Assembly (NCBI GenBank): GCA_021613535.1
Contig: CP075493.1
Span: forward strand, 1,922,001-1,986,000
DNA: 64,000 bases
Reading direction: 5' to 3'
DNA from: Adineta vaga
Lineage: Eukaryota; Animalia; Rotifera
Below, piece by piece: positions 62,401 through 64,000 of the stretch. Both the position numbers and the translations under genes were made by a program. How positions within the stretch are numbered: the stretch's first letter is position 1; each line of letters starts with the position of its first letter. The notes under the pieces are model-generated. The model saw nothing but the letters and a program-made list of their open reading frames with translations. It searched no databases and was not told the origin of the DNA.

Positions 62401-64000
62401 TGATTGACTGAATAGGAGAAGAGAAAAATCAATTGTTTCTTTATCTAAAGACAAAGAAGAAGAGATGATACTTGAACATATCTTGTCTATCTACTTATGT
62501 GTTCTTGGCTAATCAACGAATCATCATCTACATATGATTTCAAGGCTAACAAGTTAGGAAAACGTAGAGGGAAATGTTTATTTATAGATCATAGGAATCT
62601 ATGATCATTATAATACCTTTCAAGAAAGATGAGTAGGAAAAAAGAAAATCATCTTTGTTTTTATCTTTATAAATGAGCTATTCACAGGCTTTTTTTTCTT
62701 CTTTACGTTGAAAAATATTTGTAAAAAGAGATTTTATAGAGATATCAATGTATACATTTTAATGAAAACATAAACTTTCGAATAGTTTTTGTAAATACTT
62801 GTGTTTCTTGATGAAAAACTCATAATTTTCTATCAATTGTTGTCAACGTTGAATGATTATGAAATAATCATATTTATCTTTGGAGGTCAACTATGTAATT
62901 GATAATCGAAATGTATGAATGGTAAGAAGGAAAGAAACATTGATGTAATACAAACTAGAATAGTTTCTTCTTATCAATATTATAAAGAAAACAGAAAAAT
63001 TCAAATCATTTGAAGATTCTAATTCTTTTTGAAACGTTCTTTTCGAAATGACAGAAGATGACATACTTATAAGTTAGTTCGTCTTTGTTTTGTTCATGAT
63101 AATAAAAAAAAATCGAATGAAAAAGTATTTGTCAAGGAAAATCTCCTTTGTTTAAGCTGACATTCTGTACACTTCACATGTTATGGATGGTACTAGCGAG
63201 GTACAAATTAGTCTTTGTAAATAAATGTATTTAGATAGATTCGAATAAACTAAGCTGCTTAACTGATGTTTTTACATGAAAGAAAATGCCATGGACTAGT
63301 TAGACTCAAAGAAAATACATACTTAGTACGTCTTTAATCAAATCGAAGAGTTTACATATAATGAATGTGTATAGGTCAAAGAATCTTACAGGATAGTTTA
63401 ATATACAAATATATTTCCGGTGATAATTAGTTGAAGAATGTTAAATAGAATATTTTTGTTTCCATTTACAAACTGTAGATAAATTGATATTAATCTTTTG
63501 TTATTTCATTTCATTTTGATTATAATCTCAGTTGTTTATTCGATACAAAAAAACGAATTTCATACACATTATTGAGATTAGAAGATCTTCTCGTACTATC
63601 GAAACTCAAATCTGTATAAACCAATGATATTTCCTTCGTTCGAATAAATAAATGTCCCTTCCTATAGTTACTTTCATTCTAATGCTATTATAACGGAACA
63701 CTTTTTCTCTCTTACTATTTTTTTTGTATTTCATTACGAAACAAGAATGATAAGTATATAGTTATTATTTCGAAGGAATGCGCATATGTTACATGCAGAA
63801 AAAAGAATTCTCTGCCTGTCATACATCGTTACAATGAAACAGATACGATACAACATGTCTTCGAAAACTGATCTAATGTCATAACTCATCAAGTTTAATC
63901 GAAACCTTTTTCTCCTTGAATACATGATATACATGATGGGAGAAGAGGTCGCTAGTAAACATTCATTTTCATCTACAAGATTTATCACCTATTGAAATGA

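Noticed and set aside
59400-64000. ORFs at 61057, 61616, 62254 and 63734
   Set aside because: No domain or splice support. The region looks like 5' intron or regulatory and intergenic DNA.

Overview
Eukaryotic, very AT-rich, gene-dense animal DNA with many short (about 50-65 nt) GT-AG introns. The style is consistent with a bdelloid rotifer, but this is inference only. The ORF track is mostly exon fragments, so I spliced the genes by eye. In order: 3' end of ATF6 (+), transaldolase (+), cytosolic carboxypeptidase AGBL2/3-like with an intronic MITE (+), twist (+), Epac/RAPGEF4-like (-), a GnRH/AKH-receptor-like GPCR (+), a divergent PRD-class Q50 homeobox gene (-), SmD1 (-), a SNAP25/29-family SNARE (-), a His/Gln/Pro/Cys-rich repetitive orphan locus (+), PIG-X (-), dachshund (-), arfaptin (-), an unrecognised low-complexity gene (-), SPEF1 (+) and a very large phospholipase C epsilon (-), then about 4.7 kb with no recognisable gene. 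Best leads: (1) a PLC-epsilon extended by ankyrin repeats, an ARM-like block, a split REM domain and a FERM domain placed between REM and CDC25; (2) an Epac whose CNB-B cassette reads PRTA, the cGMP-type signature, rather than PRAA; (3) a duplicated and diverged alternative first exon of SPEF1; (4) a repetitive, possibly structural protein with a hidden compensating frameshift pair; (5) a recurrent CTCF-like motif upstream of housekeeping genes. No RNA genes, CRISPR arrays or autonomous transposons were recognised.
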